Source of the DNA: Actinomycetota bacterium
GTDB lineage: Bacteria > Actinomycetota > Acidimicrobiia > Acidimicrobiales > JAMCQF01
Length of the DNA stretch: 46,436 bases
Direction of reading: 5' to 3'
Assembly (NCBI GenBank): GCA_023379605.1
Contig: JAMCQF010000106.1
Coordinates: 1 to 46,436, forward strand
Part shown: positions 28,543-37,469 of the stretch, piece by piece
Layout of the letters: the number at the start of each line of letters is the position of its first letter
Position numbering within the stretch: position 1 is the stretch's first letter
The notes under the pieces: model-generated
Database searches by the model: none
Seen by the model: the letters and a program-made list of their open reading frames with translations, nothing else
Told to the model about the DNA's origin: nothing
Position numbers and translations under genes: made by a program

Positions 28543-29961
28543 TTAGTAGACAAGCTCTGGGACCTCTGTGCGCGTGCCTGTCTCGCTACCGGCCTCAGGC
28601 TCCTTGGGCTCATCTGGGGGAGTCTTGGCAGTTTTCACCATAAGGCCTATCTCTACTACAGCGAGTATGGAGTACACGCCGGCAAATACAGCAAAGCTTG
28701 TCCCGATATATCCTGTACCGATGTGTGATACAGCCTTTGAGGTCTTGAGCAGACCGTAGACCACCCAGGGTTGGCGACCCATCTCCGTGAAGATCCAGCC
28801 GAAGGTATTGGCGAGGAACGGCACCGGAATGCACCAGACCAGCGCCCAGAGGAACCAGCGCTTCTTCTCCAGGCGCTTTTTCTTGAGCAGCCACAGTCCC
28901 CATAGCCCTACTCCCAGCATCAAGAACCCAAGGCCCACCATGAGGCGGAAGGTCCAGTAGGTGACCCAGATGATCGGCTCGTAGTTGCCTGGGCCGTACT
29001 TCTTCACCTCTGCGGCCTGGACGTTGTCTATGCCGAGCACCTTTCCGTCCCAGGAGCGGTCTGCCAGCACCGAGAGCAGATGGGGCAGGCGGATCTGGAA
29101 GATGGGCTGGCCCGAAAGGTTGCCGATGGTTAGCAGCGAGAAGCTGGCACCGTCCTGGGTGTGGTAGAGAGCCTCGGCCGAGGCCATCTTCATTGGCTGC
29201 TCCTTGGTCATCAGCTGGGCCTGGCTGTCACCGAACCAGATAGTGCCCAGGATCGCGATGAACCCGACCACCAGTGCCACGCGCAACGAGCGGCCGAAGA
29301 TCTCCTGGGAGCGGTTGTGCAGGAGCTGCCATGCGCTCACGCCGAGGACGAAGAACGCACCCGTAGTGTAGGCTGCGAGGACCACGTGGGTGAACTGGCC
29401 GAGCAGGGTTGGGTTGGTCATGACCGCCCAGAAGTCCACCATGACAGCTTGGTGGGTCTTGGGGTCTATCTTGTAGCCCACAGGATGCTGCATCCAGGCG
29501 TTGGCAGAGAGGATGAAGTAGGCAGAGACCGTAGTGCCAAAGGCCACCAGCCATATGGAGATGAGGTGGATCCTGGGCGAGACACGCCCGCGCCCGAAGA
29601 TCCAAATTCCAATGAAGGTGGACTCCAAAAAGAATGCCAGCAGCCCTTCCATGGCCAGAGGTGGCCCGAAAATATTGCCCACAAAGGTTGAGAAGTGCGA
29701 CCAGTCCATGCCGAACTGGAATTCCTGGACGATGCCAGTGACCACGCCGATTGCAAAGTTGATGAGGAAGAGCTTTCCCCACCAGCGCGCCATGGAATCC
29801 CAGTGGGGCTTACCGCTGCGGTAAGCGGCTGTCTGCATGATCGCGACTATGAGAGCCAGGCCGATGGTGAGCGGGACGAAGAGGAAGTGGTAGATGGTGG
29901 TAACACCGAACTGCCACCGTGCCAGGGTCACCGGGGCTACGCCGGCAGCAAGCGGGAGCAT
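28543..29961 (-). CDS. cydA: Cytochrome bd quinol oxidase subunit I
   Basis: LARWQF...HFLFVP, GIVQEFQFG, EGLLAFFLES, QPMKMASAE, TEMGRQPW. Confidence 0.97.
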   Translation of the reverse strand: MLPLAAGVAPVTLARWQFGVTTIYHFLFVPLTIGLALIVAIMQTAAYRSGKPHWDSMARWWGKLFLINFAIGVVTGIVQEFQFGMDWSHFSTFVGNIFGPPLAMEGLLAFFLESTFIGIWIFGRGRVSPRIHLISIWLVAFGTTVSAYFILSANAWMQHPVGYKIDPKTHQAVMVDFWAVMTNPTLLGQFTHVVLAAYTTGAFFVLGVSAWQLLHNRSQEIFGRSLRVALVVGFIAILGTIWFGDSQAQLMTKEQPMKMASAEALYHTQDGASFSLLTIGNLSGQPIFQIRLPHLLSVLADRSWDGKVLGIDNVQAAEVKKYGPGNYEPIIWVTYWTFRLMVGLGFLMLGVGLWGLWLLKKKRLEKKRWFLWALVWCIPVPFLANTFGWIFTEMGRQPWVVYGLLKTSKAVSHIGTGYIGTSFAVFAGVYSILAVVEIGLMVKTAKTPPDEPKEPEAGSETGTRTEVPELVY

Positions 29962-29993
29962 GGCGGAGCTGTAGCGTGTTTGGACGGCGATGG

Positions 29994-30013
29994 CTAGGGT
30001 CCAAAGTCCCTAA
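29994..30013. promoter_or_regulatory. DosR/DevR-type binding site upstream of cydA
   Basis: CTAGGGTCCAAAGTCCCTAA matches the mycobacterial DosR consensus TTAGGGACTAAAGTCCCTAA at 17 of 20 positions; centre is 42.5 nt from the cydA ATG. Confidence 0.8.
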
Positions 30014-30126
30014 CAGGGTGCCTGATAGGCCACAGGCTCTGGGTGCCGGTGCGCCGCGAGGGATCTGTATCCTTTTTCCGTACTTGATCGTCTTAGTTGT
30101 GTAACTCGATCAAGGAGGTTGGAGAG

Positions 30127-30399
30127 ATGAAGATCACAAAGAATGTAGGAACTGCAGATCGCCTGCTCAGGACTTTCGTAGTGACTCCTGCGGCAATAGC
30201 AGGGGCATTGGTTCTAGGAGCAGGATCTGCTGGCGGCATCGTCTTGTGGGTGGTTGCAGGTGTGATGCTTGCTACTGCTGCGAGCGGCTACTGCCCAGCT
30301 TTTGCAGTTTTCGGTATAGATACCTGTGGAAAGCGGGGATGCAATCCTGGTGGCAAGGATGCCAAAGACGCAAAGAGCCAGCTTAGGCACGCAGCGTGA
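30127..30399 (+). CDS. DUF2892 (YgaP-like) small membrane protein
   Basis: KNVGTADRLLR, two TM segments, GYCPAFAVFGIDTC; AGGAGG RBS. Confidence 0.88.
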   Translation: MKITKNVGTADRLLRTFVVTPAAIAGALVLGAGSAGGIVLWVVAGVMLATAASGYCPAFAVFGIDTCGKRGCNPGGKDAKDAKSQLRHAA

Positions 30400-30466
30400 G
30401 GTTATGCCAGTTGTAGGCTCCCAGTCATGATGAGAGCAGGACAACTTGACTGAAGAGGACGTGGGC

Positions 30467-31330
30467 ATGGCTGGAGAAGTTGGTCGGCTGCCTACGTCCT
30501 CTTTGGCGTGCGGGGCCTGCGGAATTGAAGTTGACCAGCTGGCTCAGCTGGCTGTCGATTATTCCGATTCGCTGTATCGCTTTGCGCGCTCGCTTGTGCG
30601 GTCATCTGAGCAGGCCGAAGATCTGGTGCAGCAGACCTTTGAAAGGGCACTTGTCCACCGGGACCAGTTCAAGGGTGGCTCGGCGATCAGCTGGCTTAAG
30701 AAGATACTCCACAATCTCGTCATAGATTCAGCGCGCCATTCGAGCTTTGAAATGCCAGTTGAGGGCGAAGCGCTTGCTTCTCAAGTCGAGGCACACTGGA
30801 TGGATAGCTCCTATAGCGTGGATCCCCAGGTGGTACTCGAGCGAGCAGAGGCAAAAGACCGCCTTGAGGAAGCGCTGATCAGGGTTCCTTACGGCTATAG
30901 GGCGGTCGTGGTGCTCCATGACGAGGAGGGATTAACGCTCAAGGAGATAGCAGATCTCATGAGCCTTGGCCTTCCTGCTGTCAAGCAGCGATTGAGGAGA
31001 GGAAGGATGATGGTGGTTAGCGCACTTGCTGAAGGAGACGAGCGTAGAGAGGCGCTAGTTGATGTCCCTATGACATGCTGGTCTGCCAGGCATGAGGTTT
31101 CTGACTACATAGATGGAGACCTTGGCTCCAGCGAACGGCTTCGCTTGGAGGCTCATCTTGCGCAGTGCCCGACATGCCCACCACTGTACGCGGCCCTGGT
31201 TGGGGTCAAAGCAGAGCTCGGGCGGCTGAGGGATCCAGACAGCGTCATCCCGCCACAGATGGCTGGAAAGTTGGCAGAGAAGATAAGAGCTGAGGGAAGC
31301 TCAAGGTCGCAGCCAGCCGAGCACGGGTGA
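30467..31330 (+). CDS. ECF sigma factor with fused C-terminal zf-HC2 (ZAS-like) domain
   Basis: AEDLVQQTF, WLKKI..N..ID, region 4 LKEIA...VKQRLRRGR, then CWSARHEVSDYIDGDL...HLAQCPTC (HxxxCxxC). Confidence 0.88.
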   Translation: MAGEVGRLPTSSLACGACGIEVDQLAQLAVDYSDSLYRFARSLVRSSEQAEDLVQQTFERALVHRDQFKGGSAISWLKKILHNLVIDSARHSSFEMPVEGEALASQVEAHWMDSSYSVDPQVVLERAEAKDRLEEALIRVPYGYRAVVVLHDEEGLTLKEIADLMSLGLPAVKQRLRRGRMMVVSALAEGDERREALVDVPMTCWSARHEVSDYIDGDLGSSERLRLEAHLAQCPTCPPLYAALVGVKAELGRLRDPDSVIPPQMAGKLAEKIRAEGSSRSQPAEHG

Positions 31331-31370
31331 GCCAGCGGTATGCCAGCCAGAGGTTGGAGCGCTGGAGGTG

Positions 31371-32789
31371 TTATCCAGCTACTGCGCGTGCGGCGCGCGA
31401 GATGCCCTCTGCTGCCATCGGGTGCTGATCGGCAAAGCGTGCCATCTCGTAAGCGCTCATCCCCATCGCAACTGCGATGCCTATCTCGCCTACCAGCTGG
31501 GCAGCGTCTATTCCCACCACCCAGCCCCCTACAAGGCGCAGGCTGTGCTCTTCGAAGAAGAGCCGTATCTCGCCGTAAGTTTCATCAAGGATCTGAGCAC
31601 GCGAGTCCACCTCGAGAGGATAGGCGCTCTCCACAACCGATATAGCGTTCTTTTTGGCGCTGGCCCGGGTCAGCCCTACATAGGATCCTTCCGGGCTGGT
31701 GAAGATCGTGGTAGGAACTGAATTGAAGTCCATGCGGTCCACCGCACGATCACCTGCAAGGATGTTATGGGCAGCGACCAGTGACTGGCGCACTGCTGAG
31801 TGGAAGAGCATGGACCTGCCGTTCACGTCTCCTGGGGCATAGATGTGGCTGAGAGCTGTCTGCATGGTCGGCTGTACACCCAGGCCATGTCCTTCCAGCG
31901 TGAGGCCTATCTCAGCTGCTCCCTGAGGGATCACCGGCTGCCGGCCCACCGCCATCAGCACCTGATCAGCATCTAGGTAACTCGCAGCGCCGTTGTGCTC
32001 GTAGGAGACCTTGAAGCCGTCTCTCGATGACTGGATCGCAGAGACCTTCGCCCCGAGCTCCACTTTGATCCCAGGATCGAGGCCCGCTACCAGCAGGCTT
32101 GTGAAGTCAGGGTCCATCCCGGAAAGGAGCTCATCCAATGCCTCCAGGATGGTCACCTCGCTTCCAAGAGCATGGAACATGCAGGCCACCTCCAAGCCAA
32201 TATAGCCCCCGCCTATTACCGCCAACCGGTGTGGCAGCGAGGTGACCGATGCACCGAGCTTGAATATATCGTGACTTGTCACACATAGCTCCGCTCCGGG
32301 GATCTTGGGGACCAGTACGTCACTGCCAGTTGCCACTATTAGATGGTCTGCACGAAAGAGCTCCTTGCCAGATGGGCCGTCAATCTCCACCGTATGTGGA
32401 TCGATAATCCTGGCCGTTCCTCCCAGGAGCTGGAGGTGGTCGGATAGCTCTGCCAGCTCAGCATCGTGCTGGCGATAGCGAGTCTGCTGTACATGGTCCT
32501 TGTGCTCGAGCACTGCCTTGTAGTCGACCACACTGCCACCACCTGCCCGGTTCGCACCCAAGAGAACCGGGTCAAGGCCGATGCGACTCGCGCCGGCTAT
32601 GGAGCGCCTGCGGAGCTCTGCCACCTCCCTTACGGCTTTGGATGGTACGCACCCTTCAGCCAGGCAGTTGCCGCTCATGACCCCCTTTGTGTCCGCCATT
32701 ACCACTTGATGCCCTGCTCGTGCCAGTGCGAAGGCCGCAGGGTAGGCGCCTCCTCCGGCTCCAAGGGTGAGAGTGTGTACTGTCTTCAT
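31371..32789 (-). CDS. Dihydrolipoyl dehydrogenase-like pyridine nucleotide-disulfide oxidoreductase
   Basis: GAGGGAY FAD motif, GNCLAEGCVPSK redox disulfide, IGGGYIGLE, C-terminal HPMAAE; AAGGAG RBS supports a start at 32789 or 32795. Confidence 0.9.
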   Translation of the reverse strand: MKTVHTLTLGAGGGAYPAAFALARAGHQVVMADTKGVMSGNCLAEGCVPSKAVREVAELRRRSIAGASRIGLDPVLLGANRAGGGSVVDYKAVLEHKDHVQQTRYRQHDAELAELSDHLQLLGGTARIIDPHTVEIDGPSGKELFRADHLIVATGSDVLVPKIPGAELCVTSHDIFKLGASVTSLPHRLAVIGGGYIGLEVACMFHALGSEVTILEALDELLSGMDPDFTSLLVAGLDPGIKVELGAKVSAIQSSRDGFKVSYEHNGAASYLDADQVLMAVGRQPVIPQGAAEIGLTLEGHGLGVQPTMQTALSHIYAPGDVNGRSMLFHSAVRQSLVAAHNILAGDRAVDRMDFNSVPTTIFTSPEGSYVGLTRASAKKNAISVVESAYPLEVDSRAQILDETYGEIRLFFEEHSLRLVGGWVVGIDAAQLVGEIGIAVAMGMSAYEMARFADQHPMAAEGISRAARAVAG

Positions 32790-33077
32790 TTGCAACCGCT
32801 CCTTGTTAGTGCCATCAAGTGACACCCGGCTGGCGGAAACGAACTTAGCCAGTCCGCGAGCCGCTGCGCCGGATGGATCTGCCTGTTGTGAGGCTAGCTG
32901 GTCGCTTCCGCTGGATCTATCCGCAAGGCCCAAGAGTGAAGGGAACCCCACGGTTAAAACAGCGGAACTAGCCTGACAAAAGTGGGAAGCTCTCACTTGC
33001 TGGCAGCACAGCTGCTTAAGTGAGGCTATGGGACTGCTCAACTGTGAGATCGGTTCAATTGGGAAGATGGGAGAGGA

Positions 33078-33773
33078 ATGCCAAGCGAAGATCCCCCTAT
33101 AACAGGTGGAGCAAGTTCAGATGATCCAGGAGACCTTGGACGGCGTGTGGCGGAGCGGAGGCGTGAGCTGGGGCTGAGCAGGGAGGAAGTTGCCCAAAGG
33201 GCAGGGATGGACCCTACTTATGTGGCATACTTAGAAGGCCAGCCCAGCGCCCGCCCAGAGCACTCGACGCTGTTTCGCTTGGCTGTGGCACTTGAGACTA
33301 CGGTGCCAAAGCTCCAGGGTGCAGGGACGGGTTGGCCACCGGGAGCTTCCGTCCTTCCAGCAGGCACTCCCGTCTTCGAGGTCATGACAGACCAGGAGTG
33401 CATGGGCCATATCCGTCTCGGAGGAATAGGACGGCTCGTGTTCGACGACGAGCGTGGCCCTGTGGCACTGCCTGTCAACTTCAGGATGCTCGGAGACGAC
33501 CTGGTGTTTCGCACAGGTGAGGGTTCGATCGCTGCTGGGATCAGAGCGGGGAAGAAGGTCAGCTTGGAGGTAGACCACCTAGATGATGCCCTAGGAGAGG
33601 GATGGAGCGTGCTCATCACAGGAAAGGCTTATGAGGTAACCGACCCCAAGGAGATAGGTCAAGTTAACGAGGTGGGCATAGAGCCATGGGCTGGAGGAGA
33701 TCGTCACGTCGTGGTTCGCTTGGTGCCAACACAGATCACAGGCCGAGAGATCCGTCGTAGGCTCCAAGCTTGA
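33078..33773 (+). CDS. XRE-family HTH fused to pyridoxamine 5'-phosphate oxidase-like (split-barrel flavin-binding) domain
   Basis: RRELGLSREEVAQRAGM...YLE HTH, then GIGRL...PVN..VFRT...EVD...GWSV...PW...ITGR. Confidence 0.88.
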   Translation: MPSEDPPITGGASSDDPGDLGRRVAERRRELGLSREEVAQRAGMDPTYVAYLEGQPSARPEHSTLFRLAVALETTVPKLQGAGTGWPPGASVLPAGTPVFEVMTDQECMGHIRLGGIGRLVFDDERGPVALPVNFRMLGDDLVFRTGEGSIAAGIRAGKKVSLEVDHLDDALGEGWSVLITGKAYEVTDPKEIGQVNEVGIEPWAGGDRHVVVRLVPTQITGREIRRRLQA

Positions 33774-33799
33774 GCAGAGCTCTAGCAGGTTTCAGGGGC

Positions 33800-34882
33800 T
33801 CAGGACCCTTTGGGTGGGGCGCGCTCTGGAGATCTCGCACCTTTGGCGGTCGGGTAGGACCGGTAGTAATCGCGCCAGACAAGCCGGTGGAGCGGTATGA
33901 GCCGAGGGAGATCCCGTATGCCAGGGATGAATGGCGCGAAGAGCAGGGCCAAAGAGCACACTGTCATGATCGCCAAGACCTCTATGTCGCCGTTGTTGGA
34001 GGTAGACATGGGTGGGATCTGGTACCACATCGTGTACAGCCATAGCCACGGCTGCCCAGGCCAGGATCCGGTCTCGTTCATCACGCCCCACTGAGACCCA
34101 GCCATGTTCTGTGCTGTGACGATCTTTCCCCAGTAGCTCGCGCCGTGCTGGGCTTTCCAGGAGTCCCCAATGAACAGGATCGGGTTGGTGTAGTTGGTTA
34201 GATAGAAAGAGGAGTGCTCAACGAGGGCTGTGTCCAACCCACCCGATCGTGCCATCGCCAAGAGGGCGCTCATCATCTCTGCGACAGGTCCGTAGCGAGC
34301 CTTGGGTACCACGAGCCGGCCTGAGGATACCCGGGCCTTTCCGAGCGCTCTTCCGTAGGCGGCATCCCATGCCATCTGCCTGTTGTGGCTCGCAGCCTTG
34401 TAGCGGTCGAGGGCAGCGGTGAGGGCCGGCTGGCCTGATACGGTGCTCAGTGGGTCGAGTATGAAGTCAGTTGCGGGGTTGATCGGGTCTGTGACACCGA
34501 TGGCATTTTGGATCGAGAACCCCCAGAGATTTTGCACAAAGCCGGACTGGTGGTTGTAGGGGGGGCCGTAGGTGGCGGAGTTGCTGGTGCCGTTGAGCTC
34601 AGATAGGGCTATCTCGGTGAACCCCTTTGGTTGGGCAGATGCCCATGCCTGGAGCGTGACCGGAGGGACATCAGGTGAGGAGAACAGCACTGCCAGCAGG
34701 ACCACCAGCACGGTCACCACCAAAAGGGCTATGGTCGCCTCTTTTAGGATGTCATAGCGCCGCTGCGGACCACGCCATGGAGCTGCCTCAGCCGCTCGGC
34801 GCCTTCTTTTCAGCTCGCGTGGGGCAGCTGCGTACTCCTGGCGGCTTGCAGTGCCGGCGGATGGCCCCGTTGGCGTGCTCAC
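33800..34882 (-). CDS. Membrane protein partner of the cytochrome b; resembles cytochrome b6 subunit IV (PetD) with a large extracytoplasmic insertion
   Basis: YDILKE + TM helix, about 200-aa hydrophilic insert, then QPWLWLYTMWYQIPP (PEWY-like position), TM ending LLFAPFIP; 4-nt overlap with the upstream cytochrome b. Confidence 0.6.
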   Translation of the reverse strand: MSTPTGPSAGTASRQEYAAAPRELKRRRRAAEAAPWRGPQRRYDILKEATIALLVVTVLVVLLAVLFSSPDVPPVTLQAWASAQPKGFTEIALSELNGTSNSATYGPPYNHQSGFVQNLWGFSIQNAIGVTDPINPATDFILDPLSTVSGQPALTAALDRYKAASHNRQMAWDAAYGRALGKARVSSGRLVVPKARYGPVAEMMSALLAMARSGGLDTALVEHSSFYLTNYTNPILFIGDSWKAQHGASYWGKIVTAQNMAGSQWGVMNETGSWPGQPWLWLYTMWYQIPPMSTSNNGDIEVLAIMTVCSLALLFAPFIPGIRDLPRLIPLHRLVWRDYYRSYPTAKGARSPERAPPKGS

Positions 34883-35883
34883 AGCACCTCAGAGCTCGGG
34901 GGGGCATATGGGCTGGACATCTCGGTTGTACCGGAGCTTGCTGGCTCATGTCCGACAAGGGTACCGGCCAGTGACATATCGCCAGGGATTCCCGCCGTGC
35001 TGGCAGCTGCCGGCTCATGGAGGGCCTCACTGGCAGGAAGGGAGTGCTCCTCAAGAGCGTCTATGGGGTGCACCACGCCACGCACGCGCACCATGAGGAT
35101 GTGCATAGCCACGATTGCCACAAGCACCAGCGGGACAAAGACTATATGGAGCATGAGCGCCTGACCGAAGTTCATTGTATTGAAGAACGCACCTATGCCC
35201 CCTCCGTTCATGGCATCTTTTGCCTCGAATGCTACCCACTGCGAATCGAAGTTGGTCTGGGAGAGATAGCCGGTGAAGGCCTCGAAAACCGACACGAGAA
35301 AGGCCAGGGCGCCCGTCATCCACGTAAGGGCTCTCCTGCCCCTCCAGGCTGCCATCCAGAACTTGCCCCAGAGGTGGATAGCCATGAAGCCCATGAAGCA
35401 CTCCACGCTCCAGAGATGCAACGAGTTCACAAAGTGCCCCACGGTGCTGGTGTGCCACCATACCGGTCCTTCGAGGGCCAGCACAAGGCCTGAGAGTATG
35501 GCCAGTACCAGCCCCGCCAGGGTGAGGACGCCGAAGACGTAGATCCACGATGCCACATAGGCTGGCTGGCTGTCTGGGAGCAGCTTGGAAGGTGGCAGGG
35601 CTTTTAGCCACATGCGCCTTAGAGCTGCAGTCCACAGCCCGGCCTCGCCCGCGCTGTCCTCAGTGGCATCTGCGGTTTCGCCCTGACTGGGCTGTAGCGG
35701 AAGCGGAGCTTGAGCTTGAGTCTCGTGGGATTTGCGCCTGGTATGTATGAAAGGGACGGTGAGCGCCGCTACGAACAGCACGAGCATAGCCACGATCACA
35801 AGCAGGTTCGCAAGCGATATGAGGATGAAGCCCCAGTGTATGTAGTGGTCTCTCGAGTTCAGCTGGACTATCGCTCCGAGCAC
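34879..35883 (-). CDS. Cytochrome b N-terminal (b6-like) di-heme membrane protein
   Basis: WIYVFG, SLHLWS...AIHLW, TWMTG, GYLSQ..FDSQW, LHIV...MHI give four heme-ligating His; start set at GTG 35883 (TAGCAT hexamer 7 nt upstream). Confidence 0.88.
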   Translation of the reverse strand: MLGAIVQLNSRDHYIHWGFILISLANLLVIVAMLVLFVAALTVPFIHTRRKSHETQAQAPLPLQPSQGETADATEDSAGEAGLWTAALRRMWLKALPPSKLLPDSQPAYVASWIYVFGVLTLAGLVLAILSGLVLALEGPVWWHTSTVGHFVNSLHLWSVECFMGFMAIHLWGKFWMAAWRGRRALTWMTGALAFLVSVFEAFTGYLSQTNFDSQWVAFEAKDAMNGGGIGAFFNTMNFGQALMLHIVFVPLVLVAIVAMHILMVRVRGVVHPIDALEEHSLPASEALHEPAAASTAGIPGDMSLAGTLVGHEPASSGTTEMSSPYAPPSSEVL

Positions 35884-35916
35884 GGAGGCGATGCTATCAA
35901 GCCGTAAGTGCTTGAA

Positions 35917-35936
35917 AAAGGGGCTAAAGGCCCGAA
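35917..35936. promoter_or_regulatory. DosR/DevR-type site upstream of the cytochrome b pair
   Basis: AAAGGGGCTAAAGGCCCGAA; core matches GGGACTAAAGTCCC at 12 of 14; centre 43.5 nt from GTG 35883. Confidence 0.7.
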
Positions 35937-36116
35937 TCGGTCCGAAACAGGTACCGATGGCCAAAGAGCACCGATGGCAGGGTCAGACCCACATGGCCCC
36001 TGACAGGGGCCGCCACGGCGGATGATTTTCCCACCACAAAGCGCGAATCATCACCTCAGATCTTCGGGCCATAGGCGTTTTGTGTCGCTCAAGCCACTCT
36101 GGCGGCTTGAGCTGGC

Positions 36117-36542
36117 TTAGTGCACCACAACCACCGGGCAGGTGGCATGGGCAGCGCAGTGCTGGCTCACGGAGCCGAGCAGCATGCCCTTGAAGCCCCC
36201 ATGGCCCTGGCTTCCCACCACCAGCAGGTCTGCGCCCTGCGCTGCTCCGAGCAGCGCAGGGACCGGATGGGATTCGATCACCCTCAGGCTCACCTCCATC
36301 TCCGGGGAGGGCCCGAGGGCCTCGGTAACCGTCTCTTTCAATGACTTCTCCGCCTCGGCCTCTGGGTCGAAGTGCTCCGGGACCGGTGAAAAGCCCCATG
36401 ACGCCGGAAGCTCCCAGGCGGTTATCACCTCCAGCGCCGCGCCGGTCAAGCTGGCTTGGCGTGCTGCCCAGCGAAGGGCGGCCTTTGACTGCTCCGAGCC
36501 GTCTACGCCCACTACGATACGACTGGCTTGGGACTGTGGCAC
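36117..36542 (-). CDS. Universal stress protein (single USP domain)
   Basis: RIVVGVDGS..SKAALRWAA, ADLLVVGSQGHGGFKGMLLGSVS..C..HA.CPVVVV; AAGGAG RBS before GTG 36542. Confidence 0.95.
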   Translation of the reverse strand: MPQSQASRIVVGVDGSEQSKAALRWAARQASLTGAALEVITAWELPASWGFSPVPEHFDPEAEAEKSLKETVTEALGPSPEMEVSLRVIESHPVPALLGAAQGADLLVVGSQGHGGFKGMLLGSVSQHCAAHATCPVVVVH

Positions 36543-36673
36543 TTCCTGCTCCTTTGGTAGTCGCTCCTGGTATTGACATCCTCCCCATGGCAGCGCGTTC
36601 GCGCCAACACACCATGGCTCAGCCTGGGGTGGCTTGACCACTTTCACGCTCAAGCCAAGCTACCAGGGCGAGC

Positions 36674-37234
36674 TCAAATGCGTGGGGTACCGCTCTTACG
36701 GCTTGGGGGATCTGTGTTGGGCTTTCCGCCAGGTCCGCCGCATAGATCTACAGCCACCGCGACCTGGTCTTTGACTACATCCAAGGCCTCCAAAACTAGG
36801 TCGTGAACCGTGCAAGGTCCCCCTGGAGAAGCACACTGTGCCAGCTCGCCCTCGCCCGTGAGGACCTCCGCCTCCCTGGCGAAGAGCTCTATGGCCTGAA
36901 CTGCGCGCACTACCAGGATATTGGTGGGCAGCTCCTCAGGGACCTGCCAGGGACCGGTATCACCTATGGGGGCCACAAATGCCGTCTCCAGCCCCGCGCT
37001 GTCTTCTACTCGCCTGATCCTGTGCCCGAGCGCAGTCAGGGTGTGGTCGAGAGTGGAGAGCGCATCGCGAAGGATCCACTCGCTTGGAGCAAAGCCAGCC
37101 GAGGTCCCACCTTCCTGGCTTGGCGAAGAGCCCCTTTCACCCGCTGTCGCCCACAGCTCTTCGGCTAACGCTCGCATCATCTGGGCCGCTTCTGCAGCAG
37201 AGATCCAGCTTGTGGGGGGAGGTACTGCCATCAC
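36674..37234 (-). CDS. Hypothetical helical protein (possibly degenerate DinB-like)
   Basis: Open frame upstream of the USP gene; PSEWILRDALSTLDH..ALGHRIRR loosely resembles DinB-type helical bundles; start GTG 37234 fits the DosR-box geometry. Confidence 0.45.
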   Translation of the reverse strand: MMAVPPPTSWISAAEAAQMMRALAEELWATAGERGSSPSQEGGTSAGFAPSEWILRDALSTLDHTLTALGHRIRRVEDSAGLETAFVAPIGDTGPWQVPEELPTNILVVRAVQAIELFAREAEVLTGEGELAQCASPGGPCTVHDLVLEALDVVKDQVAVAVDLCGGPGGKPNTDPPSRKSGTPRI

Positions 37235-37267
37235 CTGCATCATTTTGGTGCATGTGGGCCTTGCAGT

Positions 37268-37287
37268 ACAGGGTCCAATGGCCTGTT
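37268..37287. promoter_or_regulatory. DosR/DevR-type site upstream of the hypothetical-USP unit
   Basis: ACAGGGTCCAATGGCCTGTT; centre 43.5 nt from GTG 37234, CAAAAT hexamer in register. Confidence 0.6.
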
Positions 37288-37469
37288 GCCATTGCGACCC
37301 AGCTCAGGCCATCCAAGTGCTCGCGCCGCTTGGTCTCTTACAGGGCACCAGATGCTAAAGAAAGAGATCTCCACTCAAGACACATGCTGGGAGCTGTTGT
37401 AGCAGTACTGTGACTTATTCGAGGTAGTGGGTCCGTGGGTGCTGCGACCTCGACTGCCAGAGAGGTCCG

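Noticed and set aside
31371-32789. Mercuric reductase MerA
   Set aside because: No C-terminal Cys-Cys pair or N-terminal metal-binding domain; has the HPxxxE motif of Lpd-type enzymes
32796-33041. N-terminal extension of the Lpd-like ORF
   Set aside because: FAD motif begins right after ATG 32789, which has an AAGGAG RBS; the upstream part is probably promoter DNA
35884-35964. Longer start for the cytochrome b
   Set aside because: Would run through the DosR-type box and -10 hexamer; GTG 35883 fits the shared geometry
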